Positions 36,771 through 45,526 are shown, numbered from the stretch's first letter. The stretch: 64,000 nucleotides of DNA from Eubacteriales bacterium (GCA_045541395.1 JAZQIZ010000027.1:14006-78005), one strand, 5' to 3'. Notes: a model not told the origin generated them from the sequence alone. A program made the numbers and translations.

Positions 36771-38255
36771 TTAGAATTGGAAATAAATAAAGTCGGAAGC
36801 TACGTAATCGGGGCCGTACATGCCGAATACAAACACCGCAATTATTATGCATATGTAGATCATCCAACGGAACACCAACGGCTGTCCTTCGATTCTTTCA
36901 CGGATATCAAGCTTTTTAGAAAGCAGACTTATAATAAACAACACTGCAATACTTACAAAAAGTATGTTGAACTCGCTGCGGGCCATTAAGGCAAACATAG
37001 TTCTGGTGTTAAACAGAGTACCTAAACTAAAATTGCCAAATATATTTCCAATGACTGCAAAAGCATCTTTTAAAGTATTTGCGCGGAAGAATATCCAGGC
37101 AAAGTTAACAAGGGAGTAGGTTACACCCATCTGCAATAATCTTGTAGAAAAGCGTCCGTCTTCAATATGTAACAGCTTTTTAAAAAACTCTCTTACAGGC
37201 TTTAAAATATCGCCCAATATCTGATACAGGCCGTGAAGAGCGCCCCAGATAATAAAGGTAAAGTTTGCGCCGTGCCACAAGCCGCTGACAATAAACACAA
37301 TAAAGGTATTTAAATACTTTCTAATGGTGCCTTTCCTTGAACCTCCCAAGGGGAAATACAAATAATCCTTGAACCAGGAGGAAAGAGAAATATGCCATCT
37401 GCGCCAGAAGTCCCTTACGGAAACGGCAAAATACGGGGTATTGAAGTTTTTCATAAGGTTAATGTTCAGTATTTGAGCGGCGCCTCTTGCTATATTGGAA
37501 TAACCGCAGAAATCGCAATAAACCTGAATACCGAAAAGCAGGGTTGCTAAAAGCAGCACAGAGCCGGACTGTGATCGTATATTACCGTTATATACCGTAT
37601 TTACAAAAATAGCTATTCTGTCGGCAATAACCATTTTCTGAATAAAGCCGTAGCCCATAAGCAAAAGACCCTTGCGAATATTTTCGCCGTTGGGACTTGT
37701 AGGCTTTTTAAGTTGAGGAAGCAAATTAGAGGAGCGTTCTATAGGCCCTGCCACAAGCTGGGGGAAGAATGAAACGAAAAGAGCGTAATAGAAAAGATTC
37801 TTTTCGGCGGGCAGGTCTTTTCTGTAAACATCCATTGTGTAGCTTAAGGCCTGGAAGGTGTAAAAGGAAATACCTACAGGCAGAAGAATATCAAAGTTCA
37901 AGGTAAATATTTGGGTACCGGCAAGGGCGTTTATGCTTTCAACGGCAAAACCAAAGTATTTAAAGAAGAAAAGAATTGCAAGGTTGATGCCAAATGAAAG
38001 CCCCACCCAGAGTTTTTTCAAATTCTTGCTTTTCCTTTTATTTTCAATACCGTCAGCCTTTTCAATAAGCAGGCCGGAAAGCCAGGTAACCAAGGTTGAA
38101 GTGGCTATGAGAAGTGCATAGGAAGCATTCCAGCACATATAAAAGAAATAGCTGGAAACAAGAAGCCATACCCATCTTACCTTTTTAGGCAATGCAAAGT
38201 ACAACAGAACCACTATCGGCAAAAAGAGCAAAAATTCATAGGAATTAAAATTCAC
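36771..38255 (-). CDS. MBOAT-family membrane O-acyltransferase (AlgI/DltB/PatA-like)
   Basis: 494 aa and polytopic. Contains RRWHISLSSWFKDYLYFPLGG and the conserved His in LWHG. GTG start with AAAGGGGG upstream. Confidence 0.85.
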   Translation of the reverse strand: MNFNSYEFLLFLPIVVLLYFALPKKVRWVWLLVSSYFFYMCWNASYALLIATSTLVTWLSGLLIEKADGIENKRKSKNLKKLWVGLSFGINLAILFFFKYFGFAVESINALAGTQIFTLNFDILLPVGISFYTFQALSYTMDVYRKDLPAEKNLFYYALFVSFFPQLVAGPIERSSNLLPQLKKPTSPNGENIRKGLLLMGYGFIQKMVIADRIAIFVNTVYNGNIRSQSGSVLLLATLLFGIQVYCDFCGYSNIARGAAQILNINLMKNFNTPYFAVSVRDFWRRWHISLSSWFKDYLYFPLGGSRKGTIRKYLNTFIVFIVSGLWHGANFTFIIWGALHGLYQILGDILKPVREFFKKLLHIEDGRFSTRLLQMGVTYSLVNFAWIFFRANTLKDAFAVIGNIFGNFSLGTLFNTRTMFALMARSEFNILFVSIAVLFIISLLSKKLDIRERIEGQPLVFRWMIYICIIIAVFVFGMYGPDYVASDFIYFQF

Positions 38256-38273
38256 AGTTTAGTCCCCCTTTTT

Positions 38274-38304
38274 ATAAAAAAACCGCAGGGAACCCCTGCG
38301 GTTT
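38274..38304 (-). terminator. rho-independent terminator after jag
   Basis: ACCGCAGGG-AAC-CCCTGCGGT, followed by a 7-U run on the minus strand. Confidence 0.85.
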
Positions 38305-38308
38305 AAAA

Positions 38309-39049
38309 TCACTTTTCGTAGCAGATAATAACTTTTCTGAAAGGTTCTTCCCCTACAGAACGTGTTGTAACACCCTTGTAATCCTGCAGAGTTGCATGGA
38401 TAACACGGCGCTCATAAGCCTGCATACATTCCAAAGTCATATTCTTTTTATTTTTAATAACCTTTTCGGCCATTCTGACAGCCAGCTTTTCCAAAGCGGC
38501 AGTGCGTTTAGCACGGTAATTTTCAACGTCAAATTCAATTCTTGCAAACTGACCGTCTTCTTTATTAAGGGCAAGAGACGTAAGATACTGAATAGCATAC
38601 ATAGTATCGCCGCGCTTACCTATAAGAGTGCCCATATTTTTGCCTGTAACGGAAATTTTAATGGTTTTGCCGGAAGAAACAACGTTGATCTTATACTCAT
38701 TGATACCCATAAGCTTAATAAGATTTTCAACAAAATCCTTAGCCTGAGTCTCAATTTCGTTAAGGGGTTTTTGATCCTCTTCCTTTACAGCAACAGCTTT
38801 TTTAGGAGCTTTAGCCTTCTTTTCGGGCTTCTGCTTTTTAAGGGGGGCCTTTATTTCTTCTAAAATATCATCATCTTCGCCAACAGTTGCTTTAATTTTA
38901 GCAAGGGTACTGCCTATACCAAGAAAGCCCCTGAAGGGAGTATCTATAATTTCAATAGAGAGCTCATCTCTGTCAACACCTAAAGCCAAAGCAGCTTCGT
39001 CAATAGCGGCGTCAATAGTTTTGCCCTTTGCTATATATTCTCTTTTCAT
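38309..39049 (-). CDS. jag: Jag/KhpB RNA-binding protein (Jag_N, KH, R3H)
   Basis: 246 aa with a KH region (IGKRGDTMYAIQYL) and an R3H region (ERRVIHATL). Downstream of yidC. Confidence 0.9.
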   Translation of the reverse strand: MKREYIAKGKTIDAAIDEAALALGVDRDELSIEIIDTPFRGFLGIGSTLAKIKATVGEDDDILEEIKAPLKKQKPEKKAKAPKKAVAVKEEDQKPLNEIETQAKDFVENLIKLMGINEYKINVVSSGKTIKISVTGKNMGTLIGKRGDTMYAIQYLTSLALNKEDGQFARIEFDVENYRAKRTAALEKLAVRMAEKVIKNKKNMTLECMQAYERRVIHATLQDYKGVTTRSVGEEPFRKVIICYEK

Positions 39050-39061
39050 TTGGTATACTCC

Positions 39062-40126
39062 TTAATTATCTTCACCGGGAATATCTTCTTTGTCGCCCAT
39101 CTTGTTTTTATTGCTTGCTGCCAGCTTTTCAGCGCGTTTCTCTTCGGCAATGCGCTGCTGAGCCTTCTTGCGCTTGGCCTTGCGGGCTTCCTCTTCGGCC
39201 TTCATTTGCTCAATAAACTTCTGAGGACTGTAGATCTTGTTGATGATAACAGTCTGTAAAAGCATAAGCAGGTTGGAGAATATCCAGTAAAGACCTAAGC
39301 CTGCGGGCATAGACATAGCGATAGTATAGGACATATAAGGAGTTAAGAAGTTCATAAACTTCATAGTTGCCGCATTCTGCTTACTGTTTTCGTCCTGCAT
39401 ATAGGCATTGGGGCCTATCTTCATAGAAATGAGAGCATAGATAAGCGCAGAAAGGCCGGAAAGTATAGGAATTATAACCAGAATGGAGGAGAATGTGGGA
39501 ATAGGAAGGATGCCGCTTAAGAAATACTGAACCTTTTCGGGAACAGCCGCTAAATTAAGGGCATCAATACCTAAGAAATTCAGGTTAAAGTTCTGAATAA
39601 CTTCAAGCTTGTCCGCACTGATAACCTCTGCAAAAGCAGAAGCGTTTTCTTTTATCTGGGTAATTGCGTTGATCTCAAAGTTAGGATCCTTAAGGGTAAC
39701 AGCCTCAAAACCGGGAAGCTTCTGCATTACGCCGAGAACACCTTCCAGAACCTCATCGGAAAGACGGATGATGTACTGCAGGGGATGACGGATAACGTTA
39801 TAAATACCAATAAGAATGGGGAACTGAATAAGCATAGTAGAGCAGCCGGCTGTAGGGCTATAGCCTTCTTCCTGAAGCTTAGCCATTTCGCGCTGCATTC
39901 TTTCGGGCTTATCCTTATATTTTGTCTGTATTTCCTGAATACGGGGTCTGAACCTAAGCTGGGAAAGAGTACCCTTATGCTGTTTGATGCCAAGGGGTAC
40001 CATAAGCAGCTTTGTAATAACAGCTATAAGAATTATAGCCAGACCGTAATCGTTTACTAAATCATAAAGCCATTGAAAAAGATATCCTAAAGGAACATTA
40101 ATTATATCCATTATGCCGTTAAACAT
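39062..40126 (-). CDS. yidC: YidC/Oxa1-family membrane protein insertase
   Basis: 354 aa, polytopic, with a basic C-terminal tail. Synteny yidD-yidC-jag. Confidence 0.9.
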   Translation of the reverse strand: MFNGIMDIINVPLGYLFQWLYDLVNDYGLAIILIAVITKLLMVPLGIKQHKGTLSQLRFRPRIQEIQTKYKDKPERMQREMAKLQEEGYSPTAGCSTMLIQFPILIGIYNVIRHPLQYIIRLSDEVLEGVLGVMQKLPGFEAVTLKDPNFEINAITQIKENASAFAEVISADKLEVIQNFNLNFLGIDALNLAAVPEKVQYFLSGILPIPTFSSILVIIPILSGLSALIYALISMKIGPNAYMQDENSKQNAATMKFMNFLTPYMSYTIAMSMPAGLGLYWIFSNLLMLLQTVIINKIYSPQKFIEQMKAEEEARKAKRKKAQQRIAEEKRAEKLAASNKNKMGDKEDIPGEDN

Positions 40127-40132
40127 AATAAT

Positions 40133-40360
40133 TTACCTCCAACGTTTGTACTCGGGCACAGGGTCATAGCCGCCCTTGGAAAAAGGATTACATCTTAAAA
40201 AACGCCACAGCGCAAGGATACCGCCTTTAAGTACACCGTGAATTTCTATAGCCTGCAAAGCATATTCAGAGCAGGTGGGATAAAATCTGCACATAGGCGG
40301 TTTATTTGGGGATATTCTCTTCTGATAAAACCTGATCAAAGCCATAAAGAGCTTTTTCAT
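40133..40360 (-). CDS. yidD: membrane protein insertion efficiency factor YidD
   Basis: Start trimmed to ATG 40360. Contains CRF.PTCSEYA and a C-terminal G.DPVP. Confidence 0.9.
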   Translation of the reverse strand: MKKLFMALIRFYQKRISPNKPPMCRFYPTCSEYALQAIEIHGVLKGGILALWRFLRCNPFSKGGYDPVPEYKRWR

Positions 40361-40406
40361 AATAAGCCTCACAATACAGGTTTTGCCGAAACCTATTACA
40401 GAGTTC

Positions 40407-40757
40407 TCAGCCCTGTACAGTTCCGGCTAATAAAGCGTGTTCCTTGGCTATTTTACAAAAATCCTTGTAAATATCCTGGGTTTTTAAGTAGGGAGTTTTG
40501 CCTCTTGCAACAAGGATAAAATCATATCCTCGGATAAGGCACGGATCAAGCTGGGTAATTGCGGCCCGCATTATTCTTTTTGAACGGTTACGTAAAACCG
40601 CTCCGCCTATTTTCTTGCTTGTGGTAATACCGTAACGGTTTATACCCTTCCGATTTTTAATATAATACAAAGCAAGACAGGGCGTAACGACGGAAGTCCC
40701 TCTTTTATACGCCCTGATAAAGTCTCTGTTCTTATTTAATGCGACAAATAATTGCAT
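40407..40757 (-). CDS. rnpA: ribonuclease P protein component
   Basis: 116 aa. Basic, with a KK.GGAV.RNR.KR motif. Downstream of rpmH. Confidence 0.92.
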   Translation of the reverse strand: MQLFVALNKNRDFIRAYKRGTSVVTPCLALYYIKNRKGINRYGITTSKKIGGAVLRNRSKRIMRAAITQLDPCLIRGYDFILVARGKTPYLKTQDIYKDFCKIAKEHALLAGTVQG

Positions 40758-40786
40758 ACAAGCTCCTTAACGGGCCTTAATACACC

Positions 40787-40921
40787 TTAGTGAGAAAGAC
40801 GTTTTCTGCCTCTTGCTCTTCTGCGAGCCAGTACTTCTCTGCCGGAAGCACTACGCATTCTTGCACGGAAGCCGTGAACCTTACTTCTCTGTCTTTTCTT
40901 GGGCTGATATGTTCTAACCAT
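40787..40921 (-). CDS. rpmH: 50S ribosomal protein L34
   Basis: Start trimmed to ATG 40921 ([22 protein letters not shown]...), 44 aa, with SD GGAGGTG. The track's N-terminal extension overlaps the promoter. Confidence 0.95.
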   Translation of the reverse strand: MVRTYQPKKRQRSKVHGFRARMRSASGREVLARRRARGRKRLSH

Positions 40922-40994
40922 TTTTACACCTCCAATACGGTTTTTGTATAACACCCCTTGTAAGGGGCGAATTTTTAGACAATAATGCCTATAT

Positions 40995-41023
40995 ATTATA
41001 CATAACCGAAACGCTAAAGTCAA
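40995..41023 (-). promoter_or_regulatory. sigma-A promoter of rpmH operon (TTGACT-17-TATAAT)
   Basis: TTGACT at 41023-41018 and TATAAT at 41000-40995. The ~67-nt leader contains the hairpin CCCCTT-AC-AAGGGG. Confidence 0.7.
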
Positions 41024-41093
41024 GCATTTTATTTTTTTTAGTCTATTGCATTTTATTTATTATTAAAGTAAAATATTATAAGAGGTGTATATT

Positions 41094-41858
41094 ATGATAC
41101 TTACGATAGATATTGGCAACACAAACATCTGTGTTGGCGCTTTTGAAAATGAAAAATTAAAGTTCTGCGCCCGTATGAGCACCGACAAGCAAAAGCTTAC
41201 TGATGAATACGCTATTGATCTTAAGGATATTTTTGCTTTATACGAACAGGAGAAGAAGGTTGAAGGCGCAATACTTTCTTCGGTTGTTCCCGCGCTGACT
41301 CCCTGCGTTGCTCAGGCAATAAAAACTGTATTTGGCATAAGACCAGTTATTGTAGGCCCCGGGATAAAAACCGGAATGAATATAAAAATAGATAATCCCG
41401 CCCAGCTCGGCAGTGATATTATTGCAGACGACCTTGCTGCTCATACCCTTTACAAAGGCCCTCTTATGGTATTTGATATGGGTACGGCAACAACCATTTC
41501 GGTGGTTGATAAAAACGGTGCTATTTTAGGCGGCGCCATTATGCCGGGCATTCGCCTTTCACTTAACGCCCTTTCCCAAACAGCGGCTCAGCTGCCGGAG
41601 ATCGGTCTTGAAAACGCGCCGGATGATATTATCGGCACCAATACCATTGATTCCATGAAAGCCGGCGTAATATACGGAAACGCCTCTATGGTTGACGGTA
41701 TGATAGACAGAATGGAAGAGCGTATGGGCGAAACTATTAAAGTTATTGCCACAGGCGGACTTTCCGGCTCAATTATCCCCCACTGCCGCCACAAGATCAT
41801 TCACGATCCCGATTTGCAGTTAAAAGGCTTATACATTTTGTATAAGAAAAATATATAA
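41094..41858 (+). CDS. coaX: type III pantothenate kinase
   Basis: Start trimmed to ATG 41094 (MILTIDIGNTN), with AGAGG 8 nt upstream. ASKHA motifs FDMGTATT and ATGG are present. Confidence 0.9.
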   Translation: MILTIDIGNTNICVGAFENEKLKFCARMSTDKQKLTDEYAIDLKDIFALYEQEKKVEGAILSSVVPALTPCVAQAIKTVFGIRPVIVGPGIKTGMNIKIDNPAQLGSDIIADDLAAHTLYKGPLMVFDMGTATTISVVDKNGAILGGAIMPGIRLSLNALSQTAAQLPEIGLENAPDDIIGTNTIDSMKAGVIYGNASMVDGMIDRMEERMGETIKVIATGGLSGSIIPHCRHKIIHDPDLQLKGLYILYKKNI

Positions 41859-41910
41859 ATTTTATTAAAGCGCTGTATCCTTTACGGAACAGCAGCAGGA
41901 GGTAATCTTT

Positions 41911-42483
41911 ATGGCAAAAACAAACACTAAGAAGGTAGTAGGCTTAGGGCTTATTACGGCAATCGTAGTAGTACTGCAGTTTTTGGGAAGCGCAATCAAG
42001 CTTGGTCCCTTTTCGGTATCATTGGTGCTCATTCCTATTGTTGTAGGCGCCGCACTTTACGGCTATAAGGCAGGCTTATGGCTTGGCTTTACTTTCGGCG
42101 CGGTAGTACTGCTTTCGGGAGATGCGGCCGCTTTTCTTACGGTCGACGTTTTAGGTACCGTTGTAACGGTTCTTTTAAAGGGCTCTATGGCAGGCCTTTT
42201 AGCAGGTCTTACCTATAAACTTCTGGAGAAGAAAAACACCTATCTTGCAGTTGCGGCTGCAGCTATTATTTGCCCCGTTGTAAACACCGGCATTTTCCTT
42301 TTGGGCTGCAGAGTATTCTTTATGGATACTGTTGCAGACTGGGCGGCAGCGGCAGGCTTTGCTAATGCAGGTACTTACATGATAGTTGGTCTTGTTGGAC
42401 TTAACTTTATATTTGAGCTGTTGGCTAATATTATTATTGGGCCGATAGCTGTAAGACTTATTAACCTTGGCAAAAAAGATTAG
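41911..42483 (+). CDS. ECF-transporter S (substrate-capture) component, possibly pantothenate-specific (PanT-like)
   Basis: 190 aa with about 6 TM segments, small and Gly/Ala-rich. The specificity guess rests only on adjacency to coaX. Confidence 0.55.
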   Translation: MAKTNTKKVVGLGLITAIVVVLQFLGSAIKLGPFSVSLVLIPIVVGAALYGYKAGLWLGFTFGAVVLLSGDAAAFLTVDVLGTVVTVLLKGSMAGLLAGLTYKLLEKKNTYLAVAAAAIICPVVNTGIFLLGCRVFFMDTVADWAAAAGFANAGTYMIVGLVGLNFIFELLANIIIGPIAVRLINLGKKD

Positions 42484-42512
42484 CAATAAAACTTCATTTT
42501 GGAGGCAATCTT

Positions 42513-44450
42513 ATGAAAAAGTTCCTATCAGTTCTTTTGGTAGTCATTACTCTGCTGTCAATTATCCCCGGAACTATATTAAGCGTTTCTGCTGCAACAA
42601 TTGACAATGAAGCATTTAACGCTAAGATCACCGAACTTAAAAAAGTTTTCAGGGACGGTGAATATTGGAATGCATATAACTCGGTTAAATACGAAGGTAC
42701 CGGCACAAAAAAATGTCCCTGTACAGGATGCTGCAATAACTGCGCATGCAAATGCGGCCAGTTTTACTATGACGGCAAATGGTATGCAGGACAGTGCTAC
42801 GGCTGGGCACAGAAGATCGGCCATTTAATATTTGGCGGTATTCCCTCTCATGACTGGACTAAGCATTACAATGCAGCCAACCTGAAACCCGGCGACATTG
42901 TTCGAGGCGATTTATCTTCGTATAATAAATATTGGACTAACCACGCTATAATAGTTACTGCCGTTACCGGCAATAAAGTCACCTTTGCGGACTGCAACAG
43001 TTCAGGTGCTTGCCAGGTAAAATGGGGCAGAACCACAACAATTGCCGTAATTAAAGAAGCTGTAGCTGATAAAGGCGCTTTTATTCTCCATGCAAAAAAC
43101 AGCACTACCACAGCATCCGATGCCCCTGTAATTAAGTATTCCACCATTACTGCCGGTGAATATTATTTAAAGAACGTTGGCACCGGAAAATATCTTACGG
43201 TTGACGGCGGCAAAGACGTTAATAAAACAAACGTAAAGGTTGCAGCTAAGGCAGAAACAAAAGCCTTTAAAATGAAAATAACCGCCGCAACTACAGGCTA
43301 TAAAATAAGACCTCTTTGCTGTGCTTCCCGCCTTGTGAATCCTTTTGCAGATATTGTATCAAACGGAGTAAACGTTAATATTTATACAGACTCAAAGGAT
43401 CCCTCGCAGTGGTGGCGCTTTGAAAAGACAGACAAGGGTTATATAATACATAACACCCAAAACCCCGACTGTGTGCTTACTGCCAACAGCAGTAATAACG
43501 TATTGGTTTCAACCAATAAGAAGACTGACAGTCAAATATGGATACTGGAATGTGTAGGCGAACACAATTACAAAACAACCACCACCAAGGCTACAGCAGA
43601 CGCCAACGGTAAAAAGGTAACAGCCTGTACGCTGTGCGGGAAAGTTAAAACCACCACCGTTATTTACAAACCCGAAACCTTTACTCTTTCGGCCACCTCT
43701 TACAAATATAGCGGAAGCGCTAAGAAGCCCACTGTTACAGTTAAGGATTCTCAGGGCAACACTCTTATTAAGGACACCGATTACACTCTTACCTACGCAA
43801 CAGGCAGAGTTAAGCCGGGCAAATATAAGATAACAGTTAATTTTACCGGCAAATACAGCGGTTCCAAGCAATTATTCTTTAATATCAAGCCCCTTGCTCC
43901 CGCTAAAGTAAACGTTGCAAGCCGAAGCACAAGCTACATTAAGCTTTCCTGGCCTGAGGCTGTAGGCGCTACCGGCTACAGAATTTATAAATACGATTCT
44001 GCAACCGGCACCTATAAGACGGTTGCAACAACAACTAACCTTTCTTATACTATCAAGAGCCTTAGCTCTGCAACCAATTATAAATTTGCAATTAAGTCTT
44101 ATACCGAGCTTTCTGACGGCAGCCGTATCTGGAGCGGCAGAAGAGCAATAACAACCTCAAGCCGCCCCATTGCTCCTCTTATCAATTCTGCAGTCTCCTA
44201 CGGCAAAGGTAAAATAACAATTAAATGGAACGACGTTGCAAGAGAAAGCGGCTACAAGATTTATTACAGCACTACCGCAAACGGAACTTACAAGTTACTG
44301 CGCACTCTTAATCCCAACGACGTATCGGAAACCTGCACAGGCCTTACAAGTGGGAAGACCTATTACTTTAAAGTAAGAGCATTCAAGACCGTTAACGGCA
44401 CCAAGATATATAGCTCCTACAGCCCCGCAAAGGCCGCTAAAATTAAGTAA
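42513..44450 (+). CDS. secreted multidomain protein: Cys-rich papain-like (CHAP/NlpC-P60-type) domain, ricin-B lectin, Ig-like, two FN3 domains
   Basis: 645 aa with a signal peptide. GQCYGWAQ (Cys), NHAIIV (His) and DCN are present. QxW motifs are SQWWRF and SQIWIL. The FN3-like repeats have a W..V.GATGYRIY pattern. Confidence 0.65.
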   Translation: MKKFLSVLLVVITLLSIIPGTILSVSAATIDNEAFNAKITELKKVFRDGEYWNAYNSVKYEGTGTKKCPCTGCCNNCACKCGQFYYDGKWYAGQCYGWAQKIGHLIFGGIPSHDWTKHYNAANLKPGDIVRGDLSSYNKYWTNHAIIVTAVTGNKVTFADCNSSGACQVKWGRTTTIAVIKEAVADKGAFILHAKNSTTTASDAPVIKYSTITAGEYYLKNVGTGKYLTVDGGKDVNKTNVKVAAKAETKAFKMKITAATTGYKIRPLCCASRLVNPFADIVSNGVNVNIYTDSKDPSQWWRFEKTDKGYIIHNTQNPDCVLTANSSNNVLVSTNKKTDSQIWILECVGEHNYKTTTTKATADANGKKVTACTLCGKVKTTTVIYKPETFTLSATSYKYSGSAKKPTVTVKDSQGNTLIKDTDYTLTYATGRVKPGKYKITVNFTGKYSGSKQLFFNIKPLAPAKVNVASRSTSYIKLSWPEAVGATGYRIYKYDSATGTYKTVATTTNLSYTIKSLSSATNYKFAIKSYTELSDGSRIWSGRRAITTSSRPIAPLINSAVSYGKGKITIKWNDVARESGYKIYYSTTANGTYKLLRTLNPNDVSETCTGLTSGKTYYFKVRAFKTVNGTKIYSSYSPAKAAKIK

Positions 44451-44455
44451 AATTT

Positions 44456-44489
44456 AAAGCAGACAGATTAGAAATAATCTGTCTGCTTT
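44456..44489. terminator. bidirectional rho-independent terminator (14-bp stem)
   Basis: Reads AAAGCAGACAGATT-AGAAAT-AATCTGTCTGCTTT. Confidence 0.85.
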
Positions 44490-44508
44490 CTCATTCAAGA
44501 GATTTATT

Positions 44509-44691
44509 TTACTTCATATTCTGTTCGTACTTTTCGACCATCTTCTTAACCATCTGGCCACCGACGGAACCCGCCTGCTTTGAAGTAAGATTACCGTTAT
44601 AACCCTGCTGAAGGTTTACGCCTACTTCATTGGCACATTCCATTTTGAACTGCTTGAGAGCATCTTTATTTGCCTTGCTGTTCTTGCTCAT
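44509..44691 (-). CDS. alpha/beta-type small acid-soluble spore protein
   Basis: Start trimmed to ATG 44691, with SD GGAGGTG. 60 aa: MSKNSKANKDALKQFKMECANEVGV...LTSKQAGSVGGQMVKKMVE. Confidence 0.9.
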   Translation of the reverse strand: MSKNSKANKDALKQFKMECANEVGVNLQQGYNGNLTSKQAGSVGGQMVKKMVEKYEQNMK

Positions 44692-44745
44692 TTTTTTCAC
44701 CTCCGTTATCCCGTGATTTGAATTTGCGTTGTTGGGATACGAAAG

Positions 44746-44774
44746 TATTTTTACCTTAAACGAAGAAAACATAC
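44746..44774 (-). promoter_or_regulatory. weak candidate forespore (sigma-G/F-type) promoter for the SASP gene
   Basis: GTATG-17-AAAAATA on the minus strand. Only a partial match to GHATR-17/18-CATxHTA. Confidence 0.25.
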
Positions 44775-44794
44775 CTTGTTTTTATATGTAATTA

Positions 44795-44836
44795 AAGGAA
44801 AACGGCATTTAAGCTTAAAGCCTAAATGCCGTTTTT
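44795..44836 (-). terminator. rho-independent terminator after the cohesin gene
   Basis: 13-bp stem AAAACGGCATTTA/TAAATGCCGTTTT with an 11-nt loop and a U-rich tail on the minus strand. Confidence 0.75.
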
Positions 44837-44841
44837 GTTAT

Positions 44842-45513
44842 TCAGTTATGCTTCTTTTTGTAAATCAAAAATGCGCTTAATGCACTTACCAAAAGAACCA
44901 GGATCACAGGAAGAAGAATCATATTATCGCCTGTAAAAATATTTTCTTCCTTCTCGCTTTCAGGTTTATCCTCTTCTTCGGGATCGGGCTCAGGAACTAC
45001 CGTTTCGTCGGATAAGGTTATAGGCTCAATTTTAACCGCAAGATCATTTGCAACAGACTCAAAGGCCTGACCTTCGGGAGCATCCAAAGAAAGAGATTCA
45101 ACGGTAAAATCAAACTTAGGATCAGCTTCCTTTAAAACCTTAAACTCAACGGTGTAAATAACACCTTTTTTAAGGTCAACGCCTTCTGTGGCGGTACCAC
45201 CGTAATTGGCATAGCCTTCGGTGTTATTGCCTGCACAGAGCATTGTGAAGCCTTCAAATACCTCTTTGCCTTCAATATTATAGTTTCCGTTTTCCTTAAC
45301 TATTTCAAGAACCTCAGGGTCAAACTTTAAGGAGAAGGAACCGTTTATTGCATTTTCAATTTCGGTTTCAAGGCAAATATCAACCAAAACGGTTTCGCCT
45401 TCTTTTGCGTCAAAGCCTTTAACAACAATATCAGCATCGGCAGCGCAAACGCCCACAGCCAAGGAGAATGCCATTACAAGAATTAAAACTATAGAAATTA
45501 TACGTTTTTTCAT
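44842..45513 (-). CDS. single-cohesin-domain surface protein with C-terminal sorting-signal-like anchor
   Basis: 223 aa with a signal peptide. A ~140-aa cohesin-like beta-sandwich (VVKGFDAKEGETVLVDICLE..NGSFSLKFDPEVLEI) is followed by a Pro/Glu linker, NIFTG, a hydrophobic helix and KKKHN. SD GGAGGA lies 13 nt after the upstream stop. Confidence 0.7.
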   Translation of the reverse strand: MKKRIISIVLILVMAFSLAVGVCAADADIVVKGFDAKEGETVLVDICLETEIENAINGSFSLKFDPEVLEIVKENGNYNIEGKEVFEGFTMLCAGNNTEGYANYGGTATEGVDLKKGVIYTVEFKVLKEADPKFDFTVESLSLDAPEGQAFESVANDLAVKIEPITLSDETVVPEPDPEEEDKPESEKEENIFTGDNMILLPVILVLLVSALSAFLIYKKKHN

Positions 45514-45526
45514 TTTTCCATCCTCC

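Noticed and set aside
40922-41023. N-terminal extension of the L34 ORF (78 aa in the track)
   Set aside because: L34 is about 44 aa. The internal ATG at 40921 has a GGAGGTG SD, and the extension runs through the TTGACT-17-TATAAT promoter.
40922-41093. oriC upstream of rpmH
   Set aside because: I found no DnaA-box-like 9-mers (TTATCCACA or its complement, allowing one mismatch by eye). There is no dnaA gene adjacent and no AT-rich unwinding repeats beyond ordinary promoter sequence.
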